Assembly (NCBI GenBank): GCA_035567075.1 | Contig: DATMRC010000112.1 | Span: 5,805 to 69,804 of the forward strand | Length of the DNA: 64,000 bases | Direction: 5' to 3' | Origin: Steroidobacteraceae bacterium | GTDB taxonomy: Bacteria; Pseudomonadota; Gammaproteobacteria; Steroidobacterales; Steroidobacteraceae | Shown: in pieces, positions 30,596 through 40,944 of the stretch | How the letters are laid out: every line of letters begins with the position of its first letter | Position numbering within the stretch: position 1 is the stretch's first letter | Made by a program: the position numbers and the translations under genes | Notes under the pieces: model-generated | Databases searched by the model: none | Told to the model about the DNA's origin: nothing | Seen by the model: only the letters and a program-made list of their open reading frames with translations

Positions 30596-33382
30596 GTGTG
30601 GAAGCTTCTGACGCAGATATTTGGCAGCCGCAATCAGCGTCTCATCAAAGAGCTGAGCCGCACCGTTGCGGCCGTAAACAACTTGGAAGCAAGCGTCGGC
30701 GCGCTCACCGACGAGCAATTTCCCGAGAAGACCCAGGAACTCAAAGCCCGCTTTGCAGCCGGCACGCCCCTTGACGATCTGATTCCGGAGGCCTTTGCCC
30801 TGGTGCGCGAAGCTTCGCGCCGCAAGCTGGGGCTGCGCCATTTCGACGTGCAGCTGATCGGCGGCTTGGCGTTGAATGCCGGCAAGATCTCGGAGATGCG
30901 CACCGGCGAGGGCAAGACCCTGATGGCCACCCTGCCGGCGTATTTGAACGCCCTCACCGGGGAAGGCGTGCATGTCGTCACCGTGAACGAATACCTGGCG
31001 CAGCGCGACTCGGATTGGATGGGGCCGGTATTCCGGTTTCTCGGTCTCGAAGTCGGCGTCATCAAGAATGCGCAGACGCCGGATGAGAAGCGCGCGGCTT
31101 ATGCCTGCGACATCACCTACGGCACGAACAACGAATTCGGTTTCGACTACTTGCGCGACAACCTCGCCTTCAGGCTCGAGGATCGCGTGCAGCGCAAGCT
31201 GTCATTCGCGATCGTCGACGAGGTCGACTCGATCTTGATCGATGAGGCGCGCACGCCCTTGATCATTTCGGGGCCGGCCGAGGAGAGCACCGAGCTCTAC
31301 ATCAAGATCAACGCCTTGATTCCGCGCCTGGTGCGGCAAAAAGTCGAAGACGGCCCCGGCGACTACGCGGTCGACGAGAAAACCAAGCAGGCCACCCTGA
31401 CCGAGGACGGTCATGAGAAGGTCGAACATCTGATGGCGGAGATCGGACTGCTGCGCGACGGCGAGAGCCTGTACGACGCGACCAATATCCGCTTGATGCA
31501 TCACCTGAATGCCGCGCTGCGGGCGCACTCGCTGTACAAGCGCGATGTCGAGTACATCGTGCGCCAGGGCGAGGTGATCATCGTCGATGAGTTCACCGGC
31601 CGCACCATGCAGGGACGGCGCTGGTCCGATGGACTGCACCAAGCGGTCGAGGCCAAGGAGGGCGTCAAGGTCCGGGAGGAAAACCAGACCGTCGCCTCGA
31701 TAACCTTCCAGAATTATTTCCGGCTGTATTCGAAGCTTTCGGGAATGACGGGAACCGCGGACACCGAGGCATTCGAATTCCAGCAGATCTATGGTTTGGA
31801 GGTGGTGGTGATCCCCACCCACAAGCCGATGATCCGCGACGATCGCTCGGATCTTGTGTTTCTCTCTGAACAGGACAAGTTCCAGGCCATCCTCGAGGAT
31901 ATCCAGGACTGCGTGAAGCGCGGCCAGCCGGTACTGGTGGGCACAACCTCGATCGAGGCTTCCGAACGGCTGGCGAAACTCCTGCAGGGCGCGAAGATCC
32001 CCCATGAAGTGCTCAATGCCAAGCAGCATGAGCGCGAGGCGCACATCGTGGCCGAAGCCGGCCGGCCCGGCGCCATCACGATTGCGACCAACATGGCGGG
32101 CCGCGGCACCGACATCGTTCTCGGCGGCAGCCCGCAAACGCAGATCGACCTGATCGAGAATCCCAATGAGGCGGAGCTGAAGGGGATTCACGAGGCATGG
32201 CGGGCGCGACACGAGCAGGTGGTGGCCGCCGGCGGTCTGCACATCGTCGGCACCGAGCGCCATGAGTCGCGGCGTATCGACAACCAGTTGCGCGGCCGGT
32301 CCGGGCGACAAGGCGATCCCGGATCGAGCCGTTTCTATCTATCGCTCGAAGATAATTTGATGCGGATTTTTGGCGATCCCACCCGCATGAAGGCGCTCAT
32401 GACCCGGGTCGGCATGAAAGCCGGGGAGGCCATCGAAAGCGGCATGCTGACGCGTCAAATCGAGCGCGCGCAGCGGCGCGTCGAGCAGCACAACTTCGAT
32501 GCGCGCAAGCAACTGTTGGAATATGACGATGTGGCGAATGATCAACGCCGCGTGATCTATCAGCAGCGTACCGACTTGATGAGCGCCGAGGATGTTGCCG
32601 AGGCGATAAAAGGCATGCGCGAAGATGTGGTGGCGCAGTTGGTGGACCAGTACATTCCGGCGGGCGCCCCCGAGGAGCAGTGGAACGCCAAGGGTCTGGA
32701 GCAGGCGATCGAACGCGATTTCGGCGCGGCGCTGCCCATCGTGGATTGGGTGAAGGCGGAGGAAGCGGGAGACGGCTCCGATCTGCGCAATAAAATCGAG
32801 TCGGCTCTGGAACAGGCGTACAGCCACAAGGAAAGCAATGTCGGCACGCAGGTGATGCGCTACATCGAAAAAGAAGTGACGCTGCGCACCCTCGATCAAC
32901 TGTGGCGCGAACATCTCGCCGCCATGGACTACATGCGCCAGGGTATTTACCTGCGCAGCTATGCGCAGAAGAATCCGAAGCAGGAATACAAGCGCGAGGC
33001 CTTTGAATTGTTCTCGGGAATGCTGGATCGCATCAAATTCGACACCGTGACCACGGTGTCGAAGATCCAGGTGCGCAGCCAGGCCGAGATCGAGCGCGAG
33101 GAACTGGAGCGGCATCAGCGCCTGGCGCGCGCGCTGCAAGCCCAGCACGCCGAAGCCGTCTCGCCGATTCAGTCCTCCCTTACGCCGGAGGGGCAGGGCT
33201 CGCCGGCCCCGGGGACGGGAGGGTCCGGCAATGTCATGGAATTGGAGCCGCGCGCGGCGGCGCCCGCCGCCACTCCGTTCGTGCGGGCCGTGCCCAAGGT
33301 GGGACGCAATGAGCCCTGTCCTTGCGGGTCCGGCCGCAAGTACAAGCACTGCCACGGCACTTTGCAGCAAGCGAGCGGTTGA
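30596..33382 (+). CDS. secA: Preprotein translocase ATPase SecA
   Basis: 928 aa. GTG start ([14 protein letters not shown]), MRTGEGKTL Walker [30 protein letters not shown], and the C-terminal zinc motif [14 protein letters not shown]. Confidence 0.97.
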   Translation: MWKLLTQIFGSRNQRLIKELSRTVAAVNNLEASVGALTDEQFPEKTQELKARFAAGTPLDDLIPEAFALVREASRRKLGLRHFDVQLIGGLALNAGKISEMRTGEGKTLMATLPAYLNALTGEGVHVVTVNEYLAQRDSDWMGPVFRFLGLEVGVIKNAQTPDEKRAAYACDITYGTNNEFGFDYLRDNLAFRLEDRVQRKLSFAIVDEVDSILIDEARTPLIISGPAEESTELYIKINALIPRLVRQKVEDGPGDYAVDEKTKQATLTEDGHEKVEHLMAEIGLLRDGESLYDATNIRLMHHLNAALRAHSLYKRDVEYIVRQGEVIIVDEFTGRTMQGRRWSDGLHQAVEAKEGVKVREENQTVASITFQNYFRLYSKLSGMTGTADTEAFEFQQIYGLEVVVIPTHKPMIRDDRSDLVFLSEQDKFQAILEDIQDCVKRGQPVLVGTTSIEASERLAKLLQGAKIPHEVLNAKQHEREAHIVAEAGRPGAITIATNMAGRGTDIVLGGSPQTQIDLIENPNEAELKGIHEAWRARHEQVVAAGGLHIVGTERHESRRIDNQLRGRSGRQGDPGSSRFYLSLEDNLMRIFGDPTRMKALMTRVGMKAGEAIESGMLTRQIERAQRRVEQHNFDARKQLLEYDDVANDQRRVIYQQRTDLMSAEDVAEAIKGMREDVVAQLVDQYIPAGAPEEQWNAKGLEQAIERDFGAALPIVDWVKAEEAGDGSDLRNKIESALEQAYSHKESNVGTQVMRYIEKEVTLRTLDQLWREHLAAMDYMRQGIYLRSYAQKNPKQEYKREAFELFSGMLDRIKFDTVTTVSKIQVRSQAEIEREELERHQRLARALQAQHAEAVSPIQSSLTPEGQGSPAPGTGGSGNVMELEPRAAAPAATPFVRAVPKVGRNEPCPCGSGRKYKHCHGTLQQASG

Positions 33383-34062
33383 GTTCCGACAGTTCGAGTT
33401 CGGCCGTTCATGTCGTCGCCGGCGCGGTGATCGACGCGGCCGAGCGGGTGCTGATTGCGCAGCGTCCACCCGGCAAGCATCTGGCGGGAGGATGGGAATT
33501 CCCAGGCGGCAAATTGCGCTCAGGCGAAGATCGCCGGGCGGCTCTTGCGCGCGAGCTGCGCGAAGAAATCGGGATTGAGATAAGCACACCCCGGCCGTTG
33601 CTGCGATTGCGCCACACGTACCCGTTTGGCGAGGTGCTGCTGGATGTGTGGGTGGTGCGCCGTTACCTGGGTGAGCCGCAAGCGCTCGACGGTCAAGCGC
33701 TGCGCTGGTGCACGCAAACCCAGCTGGAGTCGACCGAGCTTCTGCCCGCAGACAAACCGATTGTGACCGCGCTGCGCTTGCCGGAGCGGCTCACCATGGC
33801 GTCAACGTCCCAATACGTGGTCGCCGAATCGTCCGATCCAACAGCTGATGGACGGCTACGCGGCGCCTTTTGCACCAATCTGCGCGAGGCCCAGACGCAA
33901 GTTGCAGCCGGTGCGGATTTCCTGGTGTTGCGCGGCGCGGCCTCAGGCAACGAGATCGCGGCGCTGTGCGACGCGGTTTTTGTCCCCGTGTATGTGCGAA
34001 GCCCCGGCTTGGAGGACGCGTGGGCGCTCGGCGCCAGCGGCATCGGCGAGATTGGCGATTGA
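33379..34062 (+). CDS. mutT: NUDIX hydrolase (MutT-like) with a short TenI-like C-terminal remnant
   Basis: Nudix box [30 protein letters not shown]. The TTG start overlaps the secA stop (TTGA). The C-terminal ~95 aa keep only GADFLVL and [12 protein letters not shown] traces of a thiamine-phosphate-synthase-like barrel. Confidence 0.8.
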   Translation: MSSDSSSSAVHVVAGAVIDAAERVLIAQRPPGKHLAGGWEFPGGKLRSGEDRRAALARELREEIGIEISTPRPLLRLRHTYPFGEVLLDVWVVRRYLGEPQALDGQALRWCTQTQLESTELLPADKPIVTALRLPERLTMASTSQYVVAESSDPTADGRLRGAFCTNLREAQTQVAAGADFLVLRGAASGNEIAALCDAVFVPVYVRSPGLEDAWALGASGIGEIGD

Positions 34063-34084
34063 CGTTGCCGCCAGGCCCTCAGCG

Positions 34085-36340
34085 CTATAAGTTCTCGTCG
34101 AAGAACCGCTTGATCATTTTGTACGCATGGCGCCCGTCATGTTGCCGCGTGAGTCCGTGTTTCGCGCCGGGATAGACCATCACATCGAAGGGCTTGTCGA
34201 GGTCCTGCAGGGTACGAAATAGTTTGGTGCTGTTCAGGAACAGCACGTTGTCATCGGCCATGCCGTGCATGATCAGGAGCTTGCCTTTTAGATTCTTGGC
34301 ATAGGGCAGCACCGAACTCGCCGCATAGCCCGCGGCATTGTCCTGAGGACGATCGAGGTAGCGCTCGGTGTAGTGCGTGTCGTAGAGCGCGAAGTCGGTG
34401 ACCGGCGCGCCCGCTACGCCGGCACGAAATACATCGGGTGCCTTGAACATCAGCATCAGGGTCATGTAGCCGCCGTAGCTCCAACCCCAGACGCCGATGC
34501 GCTTGGGATCCACAAACGTCTGGGACCCCAGCCAGCGCGCGCCCTGCACCTGATCGGTAACCTCGACATCGCCCATCTTGTCGTGAATGGGCGCTTGAAA
34601 TGCCGTACCCCGGAAAGCACTGCCGCGATTGTCGAGCTGGAATACCACGAACCCTGCGCGGGTGAGGATCTGCGTGAAGGAGCCACCGCTCCAAGTGTCG
34701 AGAATCACTTGAACGCCCGGGCCTCCGTACACCTCCACGATGGCGGGATAGCGTTTGCTGGAATCGAAATGCGGCGGCTTGAACAATCGATAGTACAAAG
34801 TCTGACCGTCGGCAGCGGTCAAGGTCCCGATTTCCGCAAGGGAATTGTCCGCCAGATAGGGCGCGTCCGGGTGCTGCGAGTCCAGGCGATTTTCCAGCAG
34901 CGGCGCCACGAGGGCGCCGTCTGCCGAGTGCAAACTGACCTGCGGCGGCTGGCTGCGGCTGACGAAATTATCCACATAGAAGCGCGCATCGCGCGCCATC
35001 GTGATGCCATGCACGCCGTTTTCCACGGAGATACGATGAATGCTGTGCGGATCCGACGTGTCGAGGGAAGTGCTGTACAGCTGCCGCTCGGTGGGATTTT
35101 TTTCAGTGGCCGTGAAATAGATCAAACGATGCTTCTCATCGATGCCCTTGATGGCGCGCGTGCGGAGTGCATCGACGTTCCAATCCCCGGCCGTGAGCTG
35201 CCGGATCAGCAGACCCGCGTAGTCGTAGAGATACAAATGCTGATGGCCGTCTCTGCTGCTGGCCCAGATGAATTCACGCGAATTCTTCAAGAATGACAGC
35301 TCGTCGTTAAGATCAATCCAGGTCTTGCTGGTTTCGGTCAATACCAGCCGGCTTTGGCCGGTGGCGATGTCGGCAAAGAGCAAATCCAGGGTGCGCTGGT
35401 CGCGGCTTTGGCGCTGAATCGCCAGCGTTTTGCCGTCCGGGAGCCAGTCCACTCGCGCAAGATAGATGTCCTGCTCGTTCCCCAAGTCGATCCAGGTGAT
35501 CGCACCGCTCGCCACATCGACGACACCCAGCTTCACCAGCACATTGGCGCCGCCGGCGGCGGGATAGCGTTGCGCGAAGGTCGCGACATTGTCGGCCGCG
35601 ATCTCGAATCGCTGGGTCAGCGTGACCGGGGATTCATCGACGCGTGCGAACGCAATATGCTTGTCGTCCGGCGCCCACCAGTAGCCCGTGCTGCGGTCCA
35701 TCTCTTCCTGGGCGACGAACTCGGCCATGCCGTTTTTGACGGCACCGCTGCCATCGCTCGTCAACGCCGTCGTTTGTTTGTCTAAGATGTGATACGCGTA
35801 AAGATTCTGATCGCGAATGTAGGCGATGTGTGCGCCGAGCGGCGAAACGGAAGCATCCGTCGCGAAACCGCGCGTATCAATGCGTTCCACCTGAGGTTTA
35901 ATCTTGGCCTGCGCCAGCCGATAGTAGTAAAGCTCCCCGCCCAGGGGAAACAGCAGCGCATCGCCGGCCGGGGCGAATGTGTATTCCACGATGCCGGACA
36001 AAGCCGCGGTTCTCTGCCGCTCGCGGCGGCCGAGTTCCTCGTCGGAGAGCTTGACCTTATCGGCTGCCAGGGTCTTGGAATCAACCAAGATGCGGGCCAC
36101 ACGATCATGAATGTTGTATTCCCAGAGATCGAGCCGATCCTTGTCGTCGGGTTTGCCCTTCAAATAGGTCACCCGCGAGCCGTCGGGAGAGATCTTTAAG
36201 CCCACGATGGTGGGTCCGGCGAGGGCCGGCGCGTCGAACAGACGATCGATGGTGAGTTCCGCGGCGTTCGCCCCCGCCGCCACGGCGCACACCACCAGGG
36301 CGGGCGCCAGATAGCGGCCCGAGTTACGCGAGTCAGTCAT
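34085..36340 (-). CDS. Exported S9-family dipeptidyl aminopeptidase (DPP IV-like)
   Basis: 751 aa. Signal peptide, a long beta-propeller-type N-domain, and a C-terminal alpha/beta hydrolase domain with the nucleophile motif GWSYGGYM and HGMADDNV. Confidence 0.9.
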   Translation of the reverse strand: MTDSRNSGRYLAPALVVCAVAAGANAAELTIDRLFDAPALAGPTIVGLKISPDGSRVTYLKGKPDDKDRLDLWEYNIHDRVARILVDSKTLAADKVKLSDEELGRRERQRTAALSGIVEYTFAPAGDALLFPLGGELYYYRLAQAKIKPQVERIDTRGFATDASVSPLGAHIAYIRDQNLYAYHILDKQTTALTSDGSGAVKNGMAEFVAQEEMDRSTGYWWAPDDKHIAFARVDESPVTLTQRFEIAADNVATFAQRYPAAGGANVLVKLGVVDVASGAITWIDLGNEQDIYLARVDWLPDGKTLAIQRQSRDQRTLDLLFADIATGQSRLVLTETSKTWIDLNDELSFLKNSREFIWASSRDGHQHLYLYDYAGLLIRQLTAGDWNVDALRTRAIKGIDEKHRLIYFTATEKNPTERQLYSTSLDTSDPHSIHRISVENGVHGITMARDARFYVDNFVSRSQPPQVSLHSADGALVAPLLENRLDSQHPDAPYLADNSLAEIGTLTAADGQTLYYRLFKPPHFDSSKRYPAIVEVYGGPGVQVILDTWSGGSFTQILTRAGFVVFQLDNRGSAFRGTAFQAPIHDKMGDVEVTDQVQGARWLGSQTFVDPKRIGVWGWSYGGYMTLMLMFKAPDVFRAGVAGAPVTDFALYDTHYTERYLDRPQDNAAGYAASSVLPYAKNLKGKLLIMHGMADDNVLFLNSTKLFRTLQDLDKPFDVMVYPGAKHGLTRQHDGRHAYKMIKRFFDENL

Positions 36341-36383
36341 GAATGTCAGCCTATTCTACGTCGGTTGTTGAGAGGGCAGTCTA

Positions 36384-37040
36384 TTACAATCGCGTGAGTT
36401 GGTAGCAAACCTCGTGCAGCTCGGTGAGCCCGCGCGAGCGCAGCCTCGCCTCGCTCGCCAAGACATCATGCCGGCCGAGCTGTGTTATTTCATGATCTGC
36501 CGCATACAGCCGGGCGACTTCATCGGCGCCAACCGAGAACGGCGGCCCGCTCATCTGCTCCTGCTGGTATTCGACGGTGATCAACAGCGTCTTGGCACCG
36601 GGACTTGTCAGCGCGTTCAGTTGCGCGACGTAGCGCTCGCGCAAGTCCTTGGTCCAGGAAATGAGTGCCGCGCGATCGTAGACCGCGGCAACGGGCCCCA
36701 GCAGCTGCTGCGTCAACGCGAAAAAATCGCCGCGCAGCAGCTTGAATCCCTCGGCCTCGTACACATCGAAGTCGCGGAGCGAACGGCGCCGGGCAGGAAT
36801 GCCGTTTTCCATGCAAAACGATTCCAAGGCTACTGCCGAGAGTTCCACGCCTACGACGCTGTGTCCGCGATCGCGCAGCCACTTAAGATCGAGACTCTTG
36901 CCGCACAGGGGTACGAGTACGGGGCTTGCGGCGGCCAATTTGAACTCAGGCCAGTACGCGGTCAGATTGGGATCCACCCCGGGTTTATGAAACCCGAGCT
37001 GGCCGGTGCGCCAGCGGTCGTGCCAGAACTCAGGCTGCAC
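36384..37040 (-). CDS. tpm: Thiopurine S-methyltransferase family protein
   Basis: FWHDRWRTGQLGFHKPGVDPNL...PLCGKSLDLKWLRDRGHSVVGVELS is the TPMT signature. The GTG 37040 start abuts the yacG stop. The listed start 37127 would overlap yacG. Confidence 0.88.
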   Translation of the reverse strand: MQPEFWHDRWRTGQLGFHKPGVDPNLTAYWPEFKLAAASPVLVPLCGKSLDLKWLRDRGHSVVGVELSAVALESFCMENGIPARRRSLRDFDVYEAEGFKLLRGDFFALTQQLLGPVAAVYDRAALISWTKDLRERYVAQLNALTSPGAKTLLITVEYQQEQMSGPPFSVGADEVARLYAADHEITQLGRHDVLASEARLRSRGLTELHEVCYQLTRL

Positions 37041-37261
37041 TACTCTAAAGATTCCTTTGGCGAGTCCGGATGCAGGGGGTCTTCCGCCGCAGCCTCGTCC
37101 GGAATCCTGTGCTGTTCGGTGAGCCACGCACCCATGTCGACGAGCCGGCAGCGATCACTGCAGAAGGGCCGGTACTGCGAGCCCTCAGACCATTCCACGT
37201 CGCGCCGGCAGGTGGGACATTTGACTATCGTGGCCACAACCGGTGCGCCTTTCGGATTCAC
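37040..37261 (-). CDS. yacG: DNA gyrase inhibitor YacG (zinc finger)
   Basis: [12 protein letters not shown]...[24 protein letters not shown] matches the YacG Cys4 zinc-ribbon pattern. Conserved coaE-zapD-yacG synteny. Confidence 0.88.
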   Translation of the reverse strand: MNPKGAPVVATIVKCPTCRRDVEWSEGSQYRPFCSDRCRLVDMGAWLTEQHRIPDEAAAEDPLHPDSPKESLE

Positions 37262-38082
37262 GCGCAGCAGGTCAGGAGAAACGGCACATCCACATCGACG
37301 TGCACCGGCCGCGCCGTGACATCCAGCCAGTTCAAGAAGCGAATCGTGCAGCGATGCTGATTGGCGCTCATCTCCGGAAACAGCTGCAGCTCGGGGGGCA
37401 GAGTGACGCGAACCAGCTGACAGGGATTCTCACGATCGAATTGCAATTGATAGATGCCGCCGACCGCGACTTCCGCTTTGCGCTTGGTGTTCTGACGCGT
37501 GAGCCACAAGAGCTCGGCGATGCTGTCGCACAGGGGCCGAACCAAAGCCATCCAGCCGCTGAATTCGGCAGCGCGAATCTCTGCGGGACGATTCAACCAG
37601 TACGAGTAATCCGGCAAATCGAAATCACAGGTGCCTCCCGGAATGGCGCTGCGGTGCTTGACAGCGCTCAGGAACTCCGAATCGCGCAGCGGCGCCATGT
37701 AATTCCCGCCAATGGCGGACAGATCATTGCGCAATTTGATCAGGTTTGACATCACCGACTTGAGCCGGCCGGGATCGACGCCGGATTTGGTCTGATATTC
37801 TTTGAGAACGTTGACTTGACGTTCCAGTTCCTTGACCACGTCGCTGCGCGAATCGCCGCGCGCAGTGATGGCGAGGATCTCGAGCAGACTGGAGACTGCC
37901 GCGCGCGAGTTCCAGGGGTTGGGCGACTCGCTGTGATAGGTGGCTTGAATGTAGAGAAACTCGAGACGCAGGAAGGTGCGCATGCGCTCATTGAGCGGCT
38001 GCTCATAGACGACCGGTGCGGCCTCGGGCTCGGCTTGGGCGGAAATATCGGGATGAGCGTTCATCGGCGTATTGTGAGCCAA
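37258..38082 (-). CDS. zapD: Cell division protein ZapD
   Basis: [20 protein letters not shown] parallels the ZapD (YacF) N-terminus. Lies between coaE and yacG. Confidence 0.88.
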   Translation of the reverse strand: MAHNTPMNAHPDISAQAEPEAAPVVYEQPLNERMRTFLRLEFLYIQATYHSESPNPWNSRAAVSSLLEILAITARGDSRSDVVKELERQVNVLKEYQTKSGVDPGRLKSVMSNLIKLRNDLSAIGGNYMAPLRDSEFLSAVKHRSAIPGGTCDFDLPDYSYWLNRPAEIRAAEFSGWMALVRPLCDSIAELLWLTRQNTKRKAEVAVGGIYQLQFDRENPCQLVRVTLPPELQLFPEMSANQHRCTIRFLNWLDVTARPVHVDVDVPFLLTCCA

Positions 38083-38119
38083 CCCATACCTTAGGGTAAA
38101 CCTTAGGTGAAGGTTAAAT

Positions 38120-38743
38120 TCACCGCTTCGCGGCGGGAGCTTGCGCCATTTTCAGATAGCGCTCGTGCAGGCGATCGACGGACTGACGCAATTCCGCGAC
38201 GGTTCCGGCGTTTTCCAGCACATCGTCAGCCGCGGCCAAGCGGGTCGACCGGCTGGCCTGGGATCCCAAAATTGCTCGGGCTTGCTCCATCGAGATGTCA
38301 TCGCGCGCCTGAACTCGTAGGAGCTGCGTGGCTTCATCGGCGTCCACCACCAGGACGCGATCGACGCGATCGCGTGCGCCGCCGCCTTCGATGAGCAAGG
38401 GGATGGACATGACGATATAAGGGCCTACCGCGGCGGCGGCCTCAAGTTCCATGTGGGCGCGGATCAGCGGATGCAGGATGGCATCCAGATCGCGCCGCGA
38501 ATCGGGATTGCTGAATATCAGATTTCGCAGCGCCCGGCGATCGAGTTCACCGCTGGCGTCGAGAATTCCCCGGCCGAACCGCTGCACCACTTGCTGAAGC
38601 CCGGGTGAACCGGGGAGAACGACCGCGCGTGCCGCCACGTCGGCATCGATCACCGGGACGCCCAGTTCGACGAATCGCTGGCTGACCGTGCTCTTGCCGC
38701 TCGCGATACCGCCGGTAAGGCCGATTCGCAGGCGCGGGCGCAT
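38120..38743 (-). CDS. coaE: Dephospho-CoA kinase
   Basis: MRPRLRIGLTGGIASGKSTV P-loop start. ATG 38743 lies 1 nt after the pilD stop. The listed start 38797 is inside pilD. Confidence 0.92.
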   Translation of the reverse strand: MRPRLRIGLTGGIASGKSTVSQRFVELGVPVIDADVAARAVVLPGSPGLQQVVQRFGRGILDASGELDRRALRNLIFSNPDSRRDLDAILHPLIRAHMELEAAAAVGPYIVMSIPLLIEGGGARDRVDRVLVVDADEATQLLRVQARDDISMEQARAILGSQASRSTRLAAADDVLENAGTVAELRQSVDRLHERYLKMAQAPAAKR

Positions 38744-38744
38744 C

Positions 38745-39662
38745 TTAGTACTTGAGACCCGATACCCGTAAATAGCCCTCGACCAGCGACCCGCCATACA
38801 TCATGGCGAGCCAGCCCGCCGCGGCTAGATAGGGCCCAAAAGGCATCGGAGCGCTGCGGTCGCGGCCGCGCAGCAGGATCATCGCGATTCCGAGCAACGC
38901 GCCGGTGGCGGCGGCCAGCAGAATGATCACGGGCAGCAGCTTCCAGCCCAGCCACGCGCCCAAGGCGGCAAACAGCTTGAAATCCCCGTAACCCATGCCT
39001 TCCTTACCCGTTATCAACCGAAACACGTGGAATACCAGCCAGAGGCTCACATATCCCGCCATCGCGCCGATGAGCGCGTCCTGCGCCGACACCGGCAGGG
39101 TGCTCCCCACCTTGGGACCCACGAGGACAGCCGCCAGCAAACCGGCCCAGAGCAGCGGTAGCGTAATACTGTCGGGCAGTAGTTGATGATCCAAGTCGAT
39201 GCCGGTGAGCGCAATCAAGGCCCAAGTGATCAGTAATGCGCAGGCCGCCGGAACGCCGAAGCCAAAATGCCAGGCCGCCCAGGCTGAAAAAATGCCCGTG
39301 GCCAGTTCCACGGCTGGGTATCGCGCGGAGATCCCGTGCTTGCAGGATGCGCAACGCCCTCGCAGCATCAGCCAGCTCACAACCGGAATGTTCTGCCAGG
39401 GCCTGATGGGCGCCTTACAATTCGGGCAGGCGGAACCGGGGGTGATTAAGCTGAAACGCGGAGGAGCTGGGGTGTGTACCGTGGCCGGAGCGGTGCCGGC
39501 GAGCACGTCCGCCGCCTGAGACCGCCATTCACGCTCCAGCATGATGGGTAGTCGATAGATGACCACATTGAGGAAACTGCCGACAACGAGCCCTAGAAGA
39601 AAAACCGACCCCGCGAACAGCACAGAGTCGGTGGTGTAGAGCGCAGCGACATCGTTCAGCAT
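38745..39662 (-). CDS. pilD: Prepilin peptidase / N-methyltransferase (A24 family)
   Basis: Polytopic protein with a cytoplasmic Cys-rich loop (CPNC...CASC) and aspartyl protease motifs (GIDLD, GMGYGDFKL). pilBCD order. Confidence 0.93.
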   Translation of the reverse strand: MLNDVAALYTTDSVLFAGSVFLLGLVVGSFLNVVIYRLPIMLEREWRSQAADVLAGTAPATVHTPAPPRFSLITPGSACPNCKAPIRPWQNIPVVSWLMLRGRCASCKHGISARYPAVELATGIFSAWAAWHFGFGVPAACALLITWALIALTGIDLDHQLLPDSITLPLLWAGLLAAVLVGPKVGSTLPVSAQDALIGAMAGYVSLWLVFHVFRLITGKEGMGYGDFKLFAALGAWLGWKLLPVIILLAAATGALLGIAMILLRGRDRSAPMPFGPYLAAAGWLAMMYGGSLVEGYLRVSGLKY

Positions 39663-39700
39663 CGGCTAAACAACGACTGGCGGATTCTTAGGCACCCAAG

Positions 39701-40921
39701 CTAGATCGCGGAACCTAGCTTGAATATGGGCAGGTACATGGCGATCACCATGCCGCCGACCAGCACGCCCAAGACCGCCATGATCATGGGTTCGAGCAGC
39801 GCGGACATGCTGTCCACCGCGTTGTCGACCTCGGATTCGTAGAATTCGGCAACCTTGCCCGACATGGTGTCGAGCGAGCCCGATTCCTCACCCACCGCGA
39901 TCATTTGCACCACCATATTCGGAAATAAACCCGTGTTCTCCATGGCGCGCTGCAGGCGCTGGCCGGTGGCGACTTCGTCCTTCATGCGCAAAGTGGCTTC
40001 TTCGTAGACGATGTTACCGGTGGCGCCGGCCACCGATTGCATCGCCTCGACCAAGGGCACACCCGCGGCAAACATCGTCGACAGCGTGCGCGCGAATCGG
40101 GCAATCGCCGCCTTGGTCAAAATCGCGCCAATTATCGGAAACTTCAGCATGGCCCGGTCAATGGCGCGGCGCATGTTTCTCGAGCGCTTATAGAAATGCA
40201 AGAACGCCCAGGCACCGCCGCCAATCACTACCGCTGGTATCCAGCCTTGATGCTGCATGAACCGCGACAGGTTGACGACCATCTGCGTGAACGCCGGCAG
40301 GTCTGCGCCAAAGCCCTTGAAGAGTGATTCGAATTGGGGAATGACGAAAATTAACAATATACATGACACTATGACAGCTACAATTAATACGGCAGCGGGA
40401 TAAAACAACGCTTTCTTGATCTTCTTTTTGAGCGCTTCCGTTTTTTCCTTGTAGGTCGCGATTTTGTCGAGCAAAGTTTCAAGAGCACCGGCGTGTTCGC
40501 CGGCTTCAACGAGATTCACAAACAGATCATCGAAATAGAGCGGATGCTTCGCCAGCGACTCGTGCAGCGTGCTGCCGCCTTCGATGGTCGACTTTACGTC
40601 GAGCACCAGCTTCTGCATGGAGGGTTTTTCGTGGCCGTTGCCGATGATTTCGAAAGCTTGCACCATGGGAATGCCGGCCGACATCATCGTCGCTAACTGG
40701 CGGGCGAACACCGCGATATCCTGCGGCTGAACCTTGCCGCCGCCTTTGAATGAACTTTGCGTTTTCACGCGCGTGGCAGCCACCCCTTGGCGTCTTAAGT
40801 CCGCGCGCAGCGCCGCCTCGTTCGCGGCAAGCGACTTGCCGCGCACCTTGTGGCCGCGCTTGTCCTTGCCCTCCCATTGGAACTGGGTTTCTCTCTTGCT
40901 TGCCGTAGCCGATATCGCCAT
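39701..40921 (-). CDS. pilC: Type IV pilus platform protein PilC (GspF family)
   Basis: 406 aa with two T2SSF repeats. Typical N-terminus (FQWEGKDKRGHKVRG) and C-terminus (YLPIFKLGS). Confidence 0.93.
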   Translation of the reverse strand: MAISATASKRETQFQWEGKDKRGHKVRGKSLAANEAALRADLRRQGVAATRVKTQSSFKGGGKVQPQDIAVFARQLATMMSAGIPMVQAFEIIGNGHEKPSMQKLVLDVKSTIEGGSTLHESLAKHPLYFDDLFVNLVEAGEHAGALETLLDKIATYKEKTEALKKKIKKALFYPAAVLIVAVIVSCILLIFVIPQFESLFKGFGADLPAFTQMVVNLSRFMQHQGWIPAVVIGGGAWAFLHFYKRSRNMRRAIDRAMLKFPIIGAILTKAAIARFARTLSTMFAAGVPLVEAMQSVAGATGNIVYEEATLRMKDEVATGQRLQRAMENTGLFPNMVVQMIAVGEESGSLDTMSGKVAEFYESEVDNAVDSMSALLEPMIMAVLGVLVGGMVIAMYLPIFKLGSAI

Positions 40922-40944
40922 AAATCAATCCTCGCGTTAACTCG

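Noticed and set aside
38083-38125. Direct repeat ACCTTAGG-gtaa-ACCTTAGG and hairpin GGTGAA/TTCACC in the coaE-zapD junction
   Set aside because: These elements are very short, and the hairpin overlaps the coaE stop. Nothing distinguishes them from chance in a 37-bp spacer, so they are not reported as a feature.
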